A stretch of 64,000 bases of DNA from Flavobacteriaceae bacterium. GTDB taxonomy: Bacteria > Bacteroidota > Bacteroidia > Flavobacteriales > Flavobacteriaceae. The stretch spans positions 3,801-67,800 of the forward strand of contig JABAZC010000003.1 in NCBI GenBank assembly GCA_018608625.1. Reading direction: 5' to 3'. Each line of letters begins with the position of its first letter. Positions within the stretch are counted from its first letter, which is position 1. Shown one piece after another: positions 11,672-20,735 of the stretch. The notes beneath the pieces are model-generated. The model did not search any database, was not told where the DNA came from, and was given only the letters and a program-made list of their open reading frames with translations. A program made the position numbers and the translations under genes.

Positions 11672-12112
11672 ATGGATTTACAAAAATTATTGAAGATTGT
11701 AGCTATTGTCACCGGTGTGATTTCAATCTTCTTCCTCGCAAGCATTCTTTCTGCAGGAGATGAGGCTATAAAAGCAGGTGAAAGCGGCGGTACTGTGAAT
11801 GTATTTATGTACGTTTCTTATACCGTGTTAGCAATAGCAGTGCTTATTGTCCTAGCATTTACTATACTAAATTTAGTTTCAAATACATCAGGATTTAAAA
11901 ATACGCTAATCGGCATAGGTGCTTTCGTTGTACTTTCGTTGCTTTGCTATTTTGGATTTGCAAACGGAGTAGAAACGCCTCTTAAAGATGGTAATATGCT
12001 AACTGCAAACGGTTCTAGGCTCATTGGAGCGGGCCTTTACTTGTTCTATTTTTTAGCACTTATTGCTGGAGGAATTATGTTAGGATTTGGAATCAAAAAA
12101 ATGGTGAAATAA
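11672..12112 (+). CDS. Hypothetical 4-TM membrane protein embedded in the exbB-exbD cluster
   Basis: 146 aa and hydrophobic, with 1-nt spacing to the next gene. No motif recognised. Confidence 0.5.
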   Translation: MDLQKLLKIVAIVTGVISIFFLASILSAGDEAIKAGESGGTVNVFMYVSYTVLAIAVLIVLAFTILNLVSNTSGFKNTLIGIGAFVVLSLLCYFGFANGVETPLKDGNMLTANGSRLIGAGLYLFYFLALIAGGIMLGFGIKKMVK

Positions 12113-12113
12113 T

Positions 12114-12719
12114 ATGGCTAAGCGATCTGCACCAGAAGTGAATGCCGGTTCAATGGCCGACATCGCTTTTTTATTACTAATATTCTTTTTGGTGACAACA
12201 ACCATAGAAAAGGACTCTGGTATTAACCGGAAACTCCCCCCTATTGAAGAGCTTGAAGAAGACGTTGTTATTAAACAAAAGAACATTTTTACAGTTCTTC
12301 TAAACGGCAAAGATCAACTGTTAGTTGAAGATGATTTGATGGAGCTTAAAGATTTGAGAGCTGCAGCTGTAGAGTTTTTAGATAACAATGGAGACAAGTC
12401 ATGTACTTATTGTAAAGGGCTTAAAGACCCAGCATCATCAGACAATCCAGACAAGGCTATTATATCTTTGAAAAACGAGCGAGAAACATCGTATGCAGCT
12501 TATATATCGGTTCAAAACGAATTAGTAGCGGCTTATAATGTACTTAGAAATAGACGTGGATATGAGTTAGGGTCTAAAGAAGGCTTTAAAGATATGAACT
12601 TTGTAGAAATGCAAAAGAATTATAAAGATGCGCGCTTTGTTGGAAATAAAGTAAAGTTAAAAGCAGTGATTGATCAGATAAAATTAGAGTTTCCACAAAA
12701 ATTATCTGAAGTTCAGTAG
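12114..12719 (+). CDS. exbD: Biopolymer transporter ExbD/TolR
   Basis: N-terminal PEVNAGSMADIAFLLLIFFLVTTT, typical of the ExbD TM segment. Confidence 0.85.
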   Translation: MAKRSAPEVNAGSMADIAFLLLIFFLVTTTIEKDSGINRKLPPIEELEEDVVIKQKNIFTVLLNGKDQLLVEDDLMELKDLRAAAVEFLDNNGDKSCTYCKGLKDPASSDNPDKAIISLKNERETSYAAYISVQNELVAAYNVLRNRRGYELGSKEGFKDMNFVEMQKNYKDARFVGNKVKLKAVIDQIKLEFPQKLSEVQ

Positions 12720-12741
12720 ATTAAACTAAAAAGTATACAAA

Positions 12742-13221
12742 ATGTCAAAATTTAAAAAGAAAAAAGACGGCGGCACTCCCCCTATTTCTACGGCTTCACT
12801 TCCGGATATTGTATTTATGTTATTGTTCTTTTTCATGGTTGCTACTGTAATGCGTGAAAATTCACTTAAAATACAAAATGCACTTCCTGTAGCTAATCAA
12901 GTAGAAAAGCTTGACAAGAAAAATCCTGTTAGTTATATTTACATGGGTAAGCCAAGTTCTGGCTATGAAAAGTTTGGTACAGAAGCACGACTTCAGCTAA
13001 ACGATCAGTTTGCTAACCTCAATGAAGTTGGTGCCTTCATAAGCGCAGAGAGAGCTGCTTTAAGAGAAGAATTAATTCCTTTTCTTACCGTTGCACTTAA
13101 AGTGGATAGAGATGCTAATATGGGTATTGTAGGTGATGTTAAGCAGGAGCTTAGAAAAGTTAATGCGCTTAAAATCAATTACACTACTGGTGTGGGTGAT
13201 GCAATGACTAATATGAAATAA
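12742..13221 (+). CDS. exbD: Biopolymer transporter ExbD/TolR (second copy)
   Basis: ISTASLPDIVFMLLFFFMV TM segment with an ExbD-like periplasmic domain. Confidence 0.85.
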   Translation: MSKFKKKKDGGTPPISTASLPDIVFMLLFFFMVATVMRENSLKIQNALPVANQVEKLDKKNPVSYIYMGKPSSGYEKFGTEARLQLNDQFANLNEVGAFISAERAALREELIPFLTVALKVDRDANMGIVGDVKQELRKVNALKINYTTGVGDAMTNMK

Positions 13222-13240
13222 AACCTAATCATTATATTTA

Positions 13241-13271
13241 AAAAGGCATTCTATTTAGAATGCCTTTTTTT
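13241..13271 (+). terminator. Rho-independent terminator of the exbBD operon
   Basis: AGGCATTCT-ATTT-AGAATGCCT followed by a T7 run. Confidence 0.85.
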
Positions 13272-13305
13272 GTTTAATTTAGTAATGTAATTTAAGAGTT
13301 TACTT

Positions 13306-13989
13306 ATGAGATTGTCTTTGCTTTTAATGTTTTTTTTAAACTGTTTGTCTACAGTAAAGGCACAAGTAAACCAAACAATTGAGCAAGACAGCTTGTATAG
13401 GGAAGATCAGTTTTATGTTAGTATAACTTATAATGCGCTAATTGATTTGCCTAACAATGTTTCCCAAAACAGTTTTTCAACAGGTGTTCATTTAGGGGTT
13501 ATTCGAGACTTCCCTTTAAATAAACGCCGTAATATTGCCCTAGCACTAGGTTTAGGGTATTCTTTCAATAGCTTTAATCAGAACATTAGAATTAGCGGAC
13601 ACAACCCTTATAATTACTCGATCCTAGAAAGTTCTAACTACTCTAAAAATAATTTCGCTCAACACTTCATAGAAGTCCCTTTTCAGTTTAGATGGCGAAC
13701 CTCCAACGCGGAGAGTTATAAGTTTTGGCGTGTCTATACAGGACTAAAGTTGGGATATCTTATAGCTTCAAAATCTATTTTTAATGATAGCTCTGGGTCT
13801 GACAGCCAGAAGAATCTAACAGACTTAAATAAGCTTCAATATGGCTTAACAATGAGTATTGGCTATAATACTTGGAACGGCTATATTTATTATGGATTAA
13901 ACCCTGTTTTTAATGATGTTTCTACAGTAGATCTTCAGTCCATTGATATGAGAGTTCTCAAAATCGGACTCATCTTTTACCTGTTATAG
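13306..13989 (+). CDS. Outer-membrane beta-barrel protein (porin/PorT-like small OMP family)
   Basis: Signal peptide ending ..VKAQ, alternating beta-strand pattern, and a C-terminal ...LKIGLIFYL. Family assignment is by general appearance only. Confidence 0.5.
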   Translation: MRLSLLLMFFLNCLSTVKAQVNQTIEQDSLYREDQFYVSITYNALIDLPNNVSQNSFSTGVHLGVIRDFPLNKRRNIALALGLGYSFNSFNQNIRISGHNPYNYSILESSNYSKNNFAQHFIEVPFQFRWRTSNAESYKFWRVYTGLKLGYLIASKSIFNDSSGSDSQKNLTDLNKLQYGLTMSIGYNTWNGYIYYGLNPVFNDVSTVDLQSIDMRVLKIGLIFYLL

Positions 13990-14592
13990 CCATTGTTTCA
14001 AAAGTAGAATCTGCGGAAAAACGCCAATGATTAAACCTATTGTTAGTTCCTTTACAGTGTGTGCATTTAAATGGAGTCTTGAACTCCCCATTGCACCCAT
14101 CACTAAAATAAAAAAAATTACAAGGTTGTCGATTGCTACCCCAAAGTGCAAGTTTGTTAGGATCATAAACATAAAAGTACCGCTCACAGCCATCATATGA
14201 ATACTAGCTTTGATTTTGAGAATGGACAAAGTCAATCCCAATATGATCGTAAGTAGTGACCCTAGAACGAAATAATGTAACTCTACACAATCAGCCTTTG
14301 TAACCACCACAAATCCGATATAGCTCATTATTATGCTGTTTAAAAGAAGTGGCCAAAATCTCTCTTTAACAGTTTTTAAATGAATACTTTTTATGGCATT
14401 TAGTTTTTTTAAAACTACATTCAGGAGCAACGGAAATAATAAACTCCAAATAATAATTGAAAGCAACCAATGCACGACTCTCGTTGGAGGGTATTGGACA
14501 GGTGTTGCCGAAAAAAAGTAAACAGCAGCTGTCAATGTCATAAATAAAGGATGTAATAAATAAGAAATACTTTTTAAAAAATAAGTTAACAT
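13984..14592 (-). CDS. Polytopic membrane protein, degenerate PAP2-like phosphatase motifs
   Basis: 6 TM helices. KERFWP..., KASIHMM..., SSRLHLNAHTVKE loosely resemble the PAP2 motifs KxxxxxxRP / SxH / SRxxxxxHxxxD. Confidence 0.4.
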   Translation of the reverse strand: MLTYFLKSISYLLHPLFMTLTAAVYFFSATPVQYPPTRVVHWLLSIIIWSLLFPLLLNVVLKKLNAIKSIHLKTVKERFWPLLLNSIIMSYIGFVVVTKADCVELHYFVLGSLLTIILGLTLSILKIKASIHMMAVSGTFMFMILTNLHFGVAIDNLVIFFILVMGAMGSSRLHLNAHTVKELTIGLIIGVFPQILLLKQWL

Positions 14593-14734
14593 ATTAAGAA
14601 TTGTAAATGGCTATCTTGATAAAAATAGACTATTTACCTCATAAAAACTGCTTAATATTAATCAGATGCTTTTTAGATTTCTAAGCAATTGGAAAATGAC
14701 ACACTTTAATCAGTGCCTTTTTGTTAAAATTTCT

Positions 14735-14742
14735 TAATTTTG
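14735..14742 (+). promoter_or_regulatory. -7 promoter box TAATTTTG upstream of ileS
   Basis: Exact TAnnTTTG match 21 nt upstream of the ATG at 14764. Confidence 0.45.
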
Positions 14743-14763
14743 CGACCTTAATAGCAATTAATA

Positions 14764-17700
14764 ATGAGCACGACATTTCCTGATTATAAAGGACTTAACT
14801 TGCCAAACGTAGCACAAGAAATGCTAAAGTTTTGGGAAGAACACGACATCTTCAATAAAAGTATTACATCTCGAAGCGGCCAAAAACCTTTTGTATTCTT
14901 TGAAGGGCCACCATCAGCTAATGGATTACCAGGAGTTCATCATGTTTTAGCACGTGCCATAAAAGATATTTTTCCACGTTACAAAACCATGAAAGGATTT
15001 CAGGTCAATCGAAAAGCGGGATGGGATACACATGGTTTGCCAATTGAACTTGGGGTTGAAAAGGAACTTGGAATTACAAAAGAGGATATTGGTAAAACAA
15101 TATCTGTTGAAGATTATAATGCTGCTTGTAGAACTGCAGTAATGCGCTATACTGATGTTTGGAATGACCTAACTCAAAAAATGGGCTATTGGGTAAATAT
15201 GGATGACCCTTATGTTACCTATGACCCTAAATACATGGAAAGTGTTTGGTGGCTACTAAAGCAAATCTATAATAAGAACCTTATTTATAAAGGTTATACC
15301 ATTCAACCATACTCTCCAAAAGCAGGGACTGGGTTAAGCTCACACGAGTTAAATCAGCCTGGGACATACCAAGATGTTACAGATACTACCATTGTGGCTC
15401 AATTTAGAGCCATACAGAGTTCACTTCCAGGATTTTTAGATCATCAAGGGCCTATCTTGTTTTTAGCCTGGACGACCACTCCATGGACATTACCCAGTAA
15501 TACCGCTTTGACAGTAGGTCCAAAAATAGAATATGTACTTGTAAAGACTTATAACCAGTACACTTTTGAAGCCGCGAGCGTTGTGGTTGCAAAAGCGCTA
15601 GTTGGGAAGCAATTCAGCGGAAAGTTTAATGAAGTAGATTCAACTGAAAACTTAGAGAGCTATAAACCTTCGGATAAAACTATCCCATTTTTTGTGGTAA
15701 ACTCTTTTCTAGGAAAAGATCTAGTAGGTATCTCTTACGAGCAATTATTGGATTATGCTTTACCTAATGACCATCCAGAAAACGCATTTCGGATTATTTC
15801 AGGCGATTTTGTAACGACTGAAGACGGTACCGGTATTGTACATACAGCCCCAACATTTGGAGCTGATGATGCGATTGTTGCTAAACAAGCCACGCCAGAA
15901 ATACCACCATTGTTGGTAAAAGATAGCGAAGATAATTTAGTGCCACTTGTAGATTTACAAGGACGATTTAGACCTGAAGTGTCTGAATTTGCAGGTCGTT
16001 ATGTCAAAAACGAATACTATCCAGAAGGTGAAGCACCTGAAAAATCAGTTGATGTTGAACTAGCAATTAAGTTAAAGACAGAAAATAAAGCCTTTAAAGT
16101 TGAAAAATATAAACACAGTTACCCTAACTGTTGGCGAACTGATAAGCCTATTTTGTATTATCCTCTTGATTCATGGTTTATAAAAGTTACGGATGTAAAA
16201 GAGCGAATGTTTGAGCTTAACAAAACAATTAATTGGAAGCCAAAAAGTACTGGCGAAGGCCGTTTTGGTAATTGGTTAGCAAATGCAAACGACTGGAACC
16301 TTTCCCGGTCCCGCTACTGGGGCATCCCGCTACCAATCTGGAGAACAGAAGACGGAAAGGAAGAAATCTGCATAGGTTCTGTTGAAGAACTAAAAACTGA
16401 AATGCAAAAAGCAGTAGAAGCAGGTGTATTAGAAAAAGCTATTTTTGAAGACTTTGTAGTTGGCGACCAATCAAACGAAAATTATGCTAAAATTGACTTG
16501 CATAAAAACATTGTAGACGCTATTACTTTGGTGTCAAAATCTGGACAACCAATGCTTCGAGAAAGTGATTTAATTGATGTATGGTTTGACTCCGGAAGTA
16601 TGCCTTATGCACAGTGGCATTACCCATTTGAAAATAAAGATCTTATAGATCATAACAAGGCATTTCCTGCTGATTTTATTGCAGAAGGTGTAGATCAAAC
16701 ACGTGGATGGTTTTATACGCTTCACGCCATTGGAACGATGGTTTTTGACTCTGTCGCTTATAAAAATGTGGTCTCAAATGGCCTTGTATTAGATAAGAAT
16801 GGACAAAAAATGTCTAAACGCTTGGGTAATGCAACAGATCCTTTCGAAACGTTATCAACACATGGAGCTGATGCTACTCGTTGGTACATGATTAGTAACG
16901 CGAACCCATGGGATAATTTAAAATTTGATGTAGAAGGCATAGAAGAAGTAAAGCGCAAATTCTTTGGAACACTTTATAACACCTATGCTTTTTTTACATT
17001 ATATGCTAACATCGATAAATTTTCTTATTCAGAACCAAATGTTGAAATCCAAGACCGTCCAGAAATAGACCGTTGGGTTTTATCTGAACTCAATTCATTA
17101 GTTGAAAAGGTCGATACTTTTTATTCAGAATATGAGCCTACAAAAGCAGCCCGAGCAATTTCTGAATTTACTCAAGAATACTTAAGTAACTGGTATGTTC
17201 GACTTAGCAGAAGACGTTTTTGGAAAGGAGAATATCAGCAAGATAAAATATCAGCCTATCAGACTTTATATACTTGTATGGTAACCATCGCAAAGTTAGG
17301 AGCTCCTATAGCCCCTTTTTTTATGGATCGCTTGTATCTAGATTTAAATTTAGTCACAAATAAAGAGTCTTTTGAAAGCGTGCATTTGGCCAATTTTCCT
17401 TCACCGGACCGTTCTCTTATAAATAAAGATTTAGAGCGTAAAATGGGTCAAGCACAAACAATTTCATCACTTGTACTCTCTTTACGTGCTAAAGAGAAAA
17501 TCAAGGTTAGACAGCCTTTACAAAAGATAATGATTCCGGTAAATTCTCCAGCTCAAAGAGAGGAGATTCTAGCAATCTCAGACTTGGTTAAGCATGAGGT
17601 CAATGTTAAAGAAGTTGAGCTTCTTGAGGATGCTTCTGATATATTAGTAAAACAAATTAAACCAAACTTTAAAGTTCTAGGCCCTCGTTTTGGAAAAGAC

Positions 17701-18171
17701 ATGAAGTTAATAGCCAACTCTATTCAAAAGCTTCAGGCAAACGATATCAAACAAATTGAAGAAAAAGGGGTCTTGGATATTGCAATTAATGGGAAAAGTA
17801 TTAGATTACACCTTGATGATGTAGAGATTACATCTCAAGACATTGAAGGTTGGTTGGTTGCGAATCAAGGCGCGATGACTGTTGCTTTAGACGTAACTAT
17901 TTCGGAACCACTAAGATCAGAAGGCATTGCCAGAGAATTGGTTAATAGGATTCAAAACCTAAGAAAGGATTCTGGGTTTGAAGTAACGGATCGTATAGAG
18001 GTCTTTTTACAGGCAGACGAAAATATTGAGAACGCTATAAAATTAAATTTAGAATATATTAAACTAGAAACATTAACGGATGAGCTACACCTGGTAGCGC
18101 AACTTGATAAAGGAATAGAGGTTTCCTTTGATTCAGTTAACAGTAAGTTGCATATCCAAAAATTTAAATAA
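14764..18171 (+). CDS. ileS: Isoleucine--tRNA ligase (long type-2 form, 1135 aa)
   Basis: PPSANGLPGVHH (HIGH-type motif), KMSKRLGN (KMSKS), and a long C-terminal extension. Confidence 0.95.
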   Translation: MSTTFPDYKGLNLPNVAQEMLKFWEEHDIFNKSITSRSGQKPFVFFEGPPSANGLPGVHHVLARAIKDIFPRYKTMKGFQVNRKAGWDTHGLPIELGVEKELGITKEDIGKTISVEDYNAACRTAVMRYTDVWNDLTQKMGYWVNMDDPYVTYDPKYMESVWWLLKQIYNKNLIYKGYTIQPYSPKAGTGLSSHELNQPGTYQDVTDTTIVAQFRAIQSSLPGFLDHQGPILFLAWTTTPWTLPSNTALTVGPKIEYVLVKTYNQYTFEAASVVVAKALVGKQFSGKFNEVDSTENLESYKPSDKTIPFFVVNSFLGKDLVGISYEQLLDYALPNDHPENAFRIISGDFVTTEDGTGIVHTAPTFGADDAIVAKQATPEIPPLLVKDSEDNLVPLVDLQGRFRPEVSEFAGRYVKNEYYPEGEAPEKSVDVELAIKLKTENKAFKVEKYKHSYPNCWRTDKPILYYPLDSWFIKVTDVKERMFELNKTINWKPKSTGEGRFGNWLANANDWNLSRSRYWGIPLPIWRTEDGKEEICIGSVEELKTEMQKAVEAGVLEKAIFEDFVVGDQSNENYAKIDLHKNIVDAITLVSKSGQPMLRESDLIDVWFDSGSMPYAQWHYPFENKDLIDHNKAFPADFIAEGVDQTRGWFYTLHAIGTMVFDSVAYKNVVSNGLVLDKNGQKMSKRLGNATDPFETLSTHGADATRWYMISNANPWDNLKFDVEGIEEVKRKFFGTLYNTYAFFTLYANIDKFSYSEPNVEIQDRPEIDRWVLSELNSLVEKVDTFYSEYEPTKAARAISEFTQEYLSNWYVRLSRRRFWKGEYQQDKISAYQTLYTCMVTIAKLGAPIAPFFMDRLYLDLNLVTNKESFESVHLANFPSPDRSLINKDLERKMGQAQTISSLVLSLRAKEKIKVRQPLQKIMIPVNSPAQREEILAISDLVKHEVNVKEVELLEDASDILVKQIKPNFKVLGPRFGKDMKLIANSIQKLQANDIKQIEEKGVLDIAINGKSIRLHLDDVEITSQDIEGWLVANQGAMTVALDVTISEPLRSEGIARELVNRIQNLRKDSGFEVTDRIEVFLQADENIENAIKLNLEYIKLETLTDELHLVAQLDKGIEVSFDSVNSKLHIQKFK

Positions 18172-18173
18172 TT

Positions 18174-18557
18174 ATGTCCATAGAAAATACAAGCAGATAC
18201 TCTGATAATGATTTGGAAAAATTCAGAGCTATTATTCATCAAAAAATTGATAAAGCTAAACATGATCTAGAATTGATTAAGAGTGCTTATATGAACGACC
18301 ATAATAACGGCACCGAAGATACCTCTCCAACATTCAAAGCATTTGATGAAGGGAGTCAGGTTATGAGCAAGGAGTCTAACTCTCAGTTAGCGATACGTCA
18401 AGAGAAGTTTATCAGAGACTTGAAAAATGCGTTGATTAGAATCGAAAATAAAACGTACGGAATTTGTAGAGTTACAAGCAAGCTTATTAACAAAAAACGT
18501 TTAGAACTAGTGCCGCATGCAACATTGAGCATAGAGGCAAAGAATATGCAAAAATAA
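18174..18557 (+). CDS. DksA/TraR-family protein (zinc-finger cysteines largely absent)
   Basis: Coiled-coil N-terminal part. The C-terminal ..IENKTYGICRVTSKLINKKRLELVPHATLSIEAK matches the DksA/TraR tail, but only one Cys is present. Conserved ileS-traR-lspA synteny. Confidence 0.7.
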   Translation: MSIENTSRYSDNDLEKFRAIIHQKIDKAKHDLELIKSAYMNDHNNGTEDTSPTFKAFDEGSQVMSKESNSQLAIRQEKFIRDLKNALIRIENKTYGICRVTSKLINKKRLELVPHATLSIEAKNMQK

Positions 18558-18558
18558 G

Positions 18559-19176
18559 ATGTCTAAGAAACAGACACTCTTATTAATAGCGATCATTCTA
18601 TTTTTTGATCAAGCCTCAAAAATATATATTAAAACACACTTTAAGCTAGGGGATGTATTTGTAGTTTTTGATTGGTTTAGAGTTTTTTTTATTGAAAATG
18701 AGGGCATGGCGTGGGGTGCCAAATTAAGTGATTTTTCTTCTTATATCACTGACTCAGCTGCTAAATTGTTTTTATCTTTATTCAGAGTATTCGCTGTTTG
18801 TGGTATTGGATACTGGTTATTTCAAAGCGTTCAAAAGCAAGCTTCTAAAATGCTGATCATTTCAGTCACGTTGGTTTTTTCTGGTGCTTTAGGAAACATC
18901 ATTGATTCTGTTTTTTATGGTCTTTTGTTTGATAGTAGTTTAGGGCAGATAGCAACGTTTCTACCCACAAAGGGCTATAGTGGATTGTTCTATGGAAATG
19001 TTGTAGATATGCTACATTTCCCTCTATTTAATGGTTCTTTTCCAGAGTGGTTTCCATTTGTTGGGGGTCACTATTTTTCTTTCTTTGACCCTGTATTTAA
19101 TATTGCTGATATGGCGATAAGTACTGGGATTGGATTACTTTTGTTTTTTAATAAAAAAGCATTCCCAAACCCCTAA
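18559..19176 (+). CDS. lspA: Lipoprotein signal peptidase (signal peptidase II)
   Basis: ..ENEGMAWG.., ..GALGNIIDS.., ..VVDMLHF.., ..FNIADMAIS.. are the LspA signature blocks. Confidence 0.9.
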   Translation: MSKKQTLLLIAIILFFDQASKIYIKTHFKLGDVFVVFDWFRVFFIENEGMAWGAKLSDFSSYITDSAAKLFLSLFRVFAVCGIGYWLFQSVQKQASKMLIISVTLVFSGALGNIIDSVFYGLLFDSSLGQIATFLPTKGYSGLFYGNVVDMLHFPLFNGSFPEWFPFVGGHYFSFFDPVFNIADMAISTGIGLLLFFNKKAFPNP

Positions 19177-19181
19177 CTCAT

Positions 19182-19745
19182 TTAAAAGGTATAAATTTTA
19201 TTAGGGGTTATACAATAATCTAAAGGGATATCGTGAGTCTCACTTTCAATGAGTGAGCCTTGAGCTTCAAAAAAAGAAAGCCCAATCTTTAAAGTAGTCC
19301 TAGGGCAATTTTTCAGAAACGCATCATAAAAGCCTTTTCCATATCCAACTCGATTACCTATTCTATCAAAGGCAACTAAGGGAACAAATACGACTTCAAT
19401 TTTGTTACTGCTTATTTCAATGCCATTTTCTGGCTCTGGAATGTTTCGGGAATTTAGTTTTAGAACGGTATTGTCTTGAAGCAAAACATGTGTCATCTTC
19501 CGCGTTTCAAAATTAGTTTTAGAGACTATAATGTTTTTGTCTTTCCCTAAAAGTATTGCCAAAAGAGGCTCTGTATTAATTTCCTTAAGCGATTTAATAC
19601 TTAAAAAAATATGATAATATGAGTATTTCCAAATGGGAAGAGTAATAATTAAGTTTGCTATTTCAAGACTGTAATTATTGATCTGCTCCAAACTTAAATT
19701 GTTACGTCGGTTTTTAAACTCTAATCTTAGTTGTTTTTTATTCAC
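19182..19745 (-). CDS. 5-formyltetrahydrofolate cyclo-ligase
   Basis: 187 aa. ...VFVPLVAFDRIGNRVGYGKGFYDAFL... is the conserved C-terminal motif of the family. Confidence 0.8.
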   Translation of the reverse strand: MNKKQLRLEFKNRRNNLSLEQINNYSLEIANLIITLPIWKYSYYHIFLSIKSLKEINTEPLLAILLGKDKNIIVSKTNFETRKMTHVLLQDNTVLKLNSRNIPEPENGIEISSNKIEVVFVPLVAFDRIGNRVGYGKGFYDAFLKNCPRTTLKIGLSFFEAQGSLIESETHDIPLDYCITPNKIYTF

Positions 19746-19773
19746 CTTATATTATTATCCGTTGGTGTAATCA

Positions 19774-20649
19774 TTAATATCTATTTCTTTCAATATAGGT
19801 TATAATTGCTTGTGCTATATTTTTTTTGGAAGCCCTCTCGATGCCTTCAAGTCCTGGAGTGGAATTGATTTCCATGACCAAAGGGCCTCTGTCAGATTGT
19901 AATAGGTCAACTCCGCATATTGGTAATTTTAGTTTGCGAGCAGCCTTGATGGCAATTTTAATTTCAGCATCACTTAATTTATAATGTTCATAGGTTCCTC
20001 CTCTGTGCAGGTTTGATCTAAACTCTCCTTCTTTTCCTTGCCGCTTCATAGCACCCACTACTTGTTCATCTACAATTAACGCTCTGAGGTCAGCTCCTTT
20101 GGCTTCAGCGATATACTCTTGAACTAAAGCTCTCGCTTCTAGCCCATTAAAAGCTTCGAGTACAGATTCTGCTGCAATTTTTGATTCTGCTAAGACGACT
20201 CCAATACCTTGGGTTCCCTCTAGTAGTTTTATGACAACAGGAGTGCCACCCACTTGAGCAATGACCTTTTCTACATCCCGAGAGTAATTAGTAAAAACAG
20301 TTTTGGGCATGTCAACCCCTGCTTTGGAAAGATGTTGAAAGCTTCTTAGTTTGTCCCTAGAGCGGATAATTGCATCTGAAGAAACGGATGAAAATACATT
20401 CATCATTTCAAATTGCCTAACCACTGCACACCCATAGAATGTAACCGATGCCCCAATCCGTGGGATAATCGCATCTACATAATCCAGATATTTATCTTTA
20501 TATAGAATGGTAGGCTTTTCATTTTCAATAATTAAGTCACAACTTAAAGGGTCTATTACTTCAACAATGTGGTTTCTTTTTTCTGCTTCCTCAACCAATC
20601 TTCTAGTTGAATAAAGATCTTTATTGCGTGATAATATTACAATATTCAT
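19774..20649 (-). CDS. rimK: RimK-family alpha-L-glutamate ligase (ATP-grasp)
   Basis: [20 protein letters not shown]..., [19 protein letters not shown].....[15 protein letters not shown]. Confidence 0.88.
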   Translation of the reverse strand: MNIVILSRNKDLYSTRRLVEEAEKRNHIVEVIDPLSCDLIIENEKPTILYKDKYLDYVDAIIPRIGASVTFYGCAVVRQFEMMNVFSSVSSDAIIRSRDKLRSFQHLSKAGVDMPKTVFTNYSRDVEKVIAQVGGTPVVIKLLEGTQGIGVVLAESKIAAESVLEAFNGLEARALVQEYIAEAKGADLRALIVDEQVVGAMKRQGKEGEFRSNLHRGGTYEHYKLSDAEIKIAIKAARKLKLPICGVDLLQSDRGPLVMEINSTPGLEGIERASKKNIAQAIITYIERNRY

Positions 20650-20722
20650 GACATTTAATGTATTTTACTTGTGCAAGATAGTAAAAATGCAAATTCAACT
20701 TTTACATTCGTTTGATTTAATA

Positions 20723-20730
20723 TACCTTTG
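20723..20730 (+). promoter_or_regulatory. -7 promoter box TACCTTTG upstream of uvrC
   Basis: Exact TAnnTTTG match ending 5 nt before the ATG at 20736. Confidence 0.45.
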
Positions 20731-20735
20731 GATTA

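Noticed and set aside
12080-12310. 76-aa ORF antisense to the exbD 5' end (and similar short ORFs at 9722, 11025, 16758, 17952, 26906, 27372, 31151, 31690, 32646, 36177, 42834, 45513, 51599, 51971, 52006, 54579, 55338, 55927, 57012, 57580, 58862, 59400, 60111)
   Set aside because: All lie inside, and mostly antisense or out of frame to, well-supported genes. None has a start context, signal or motif of its own.
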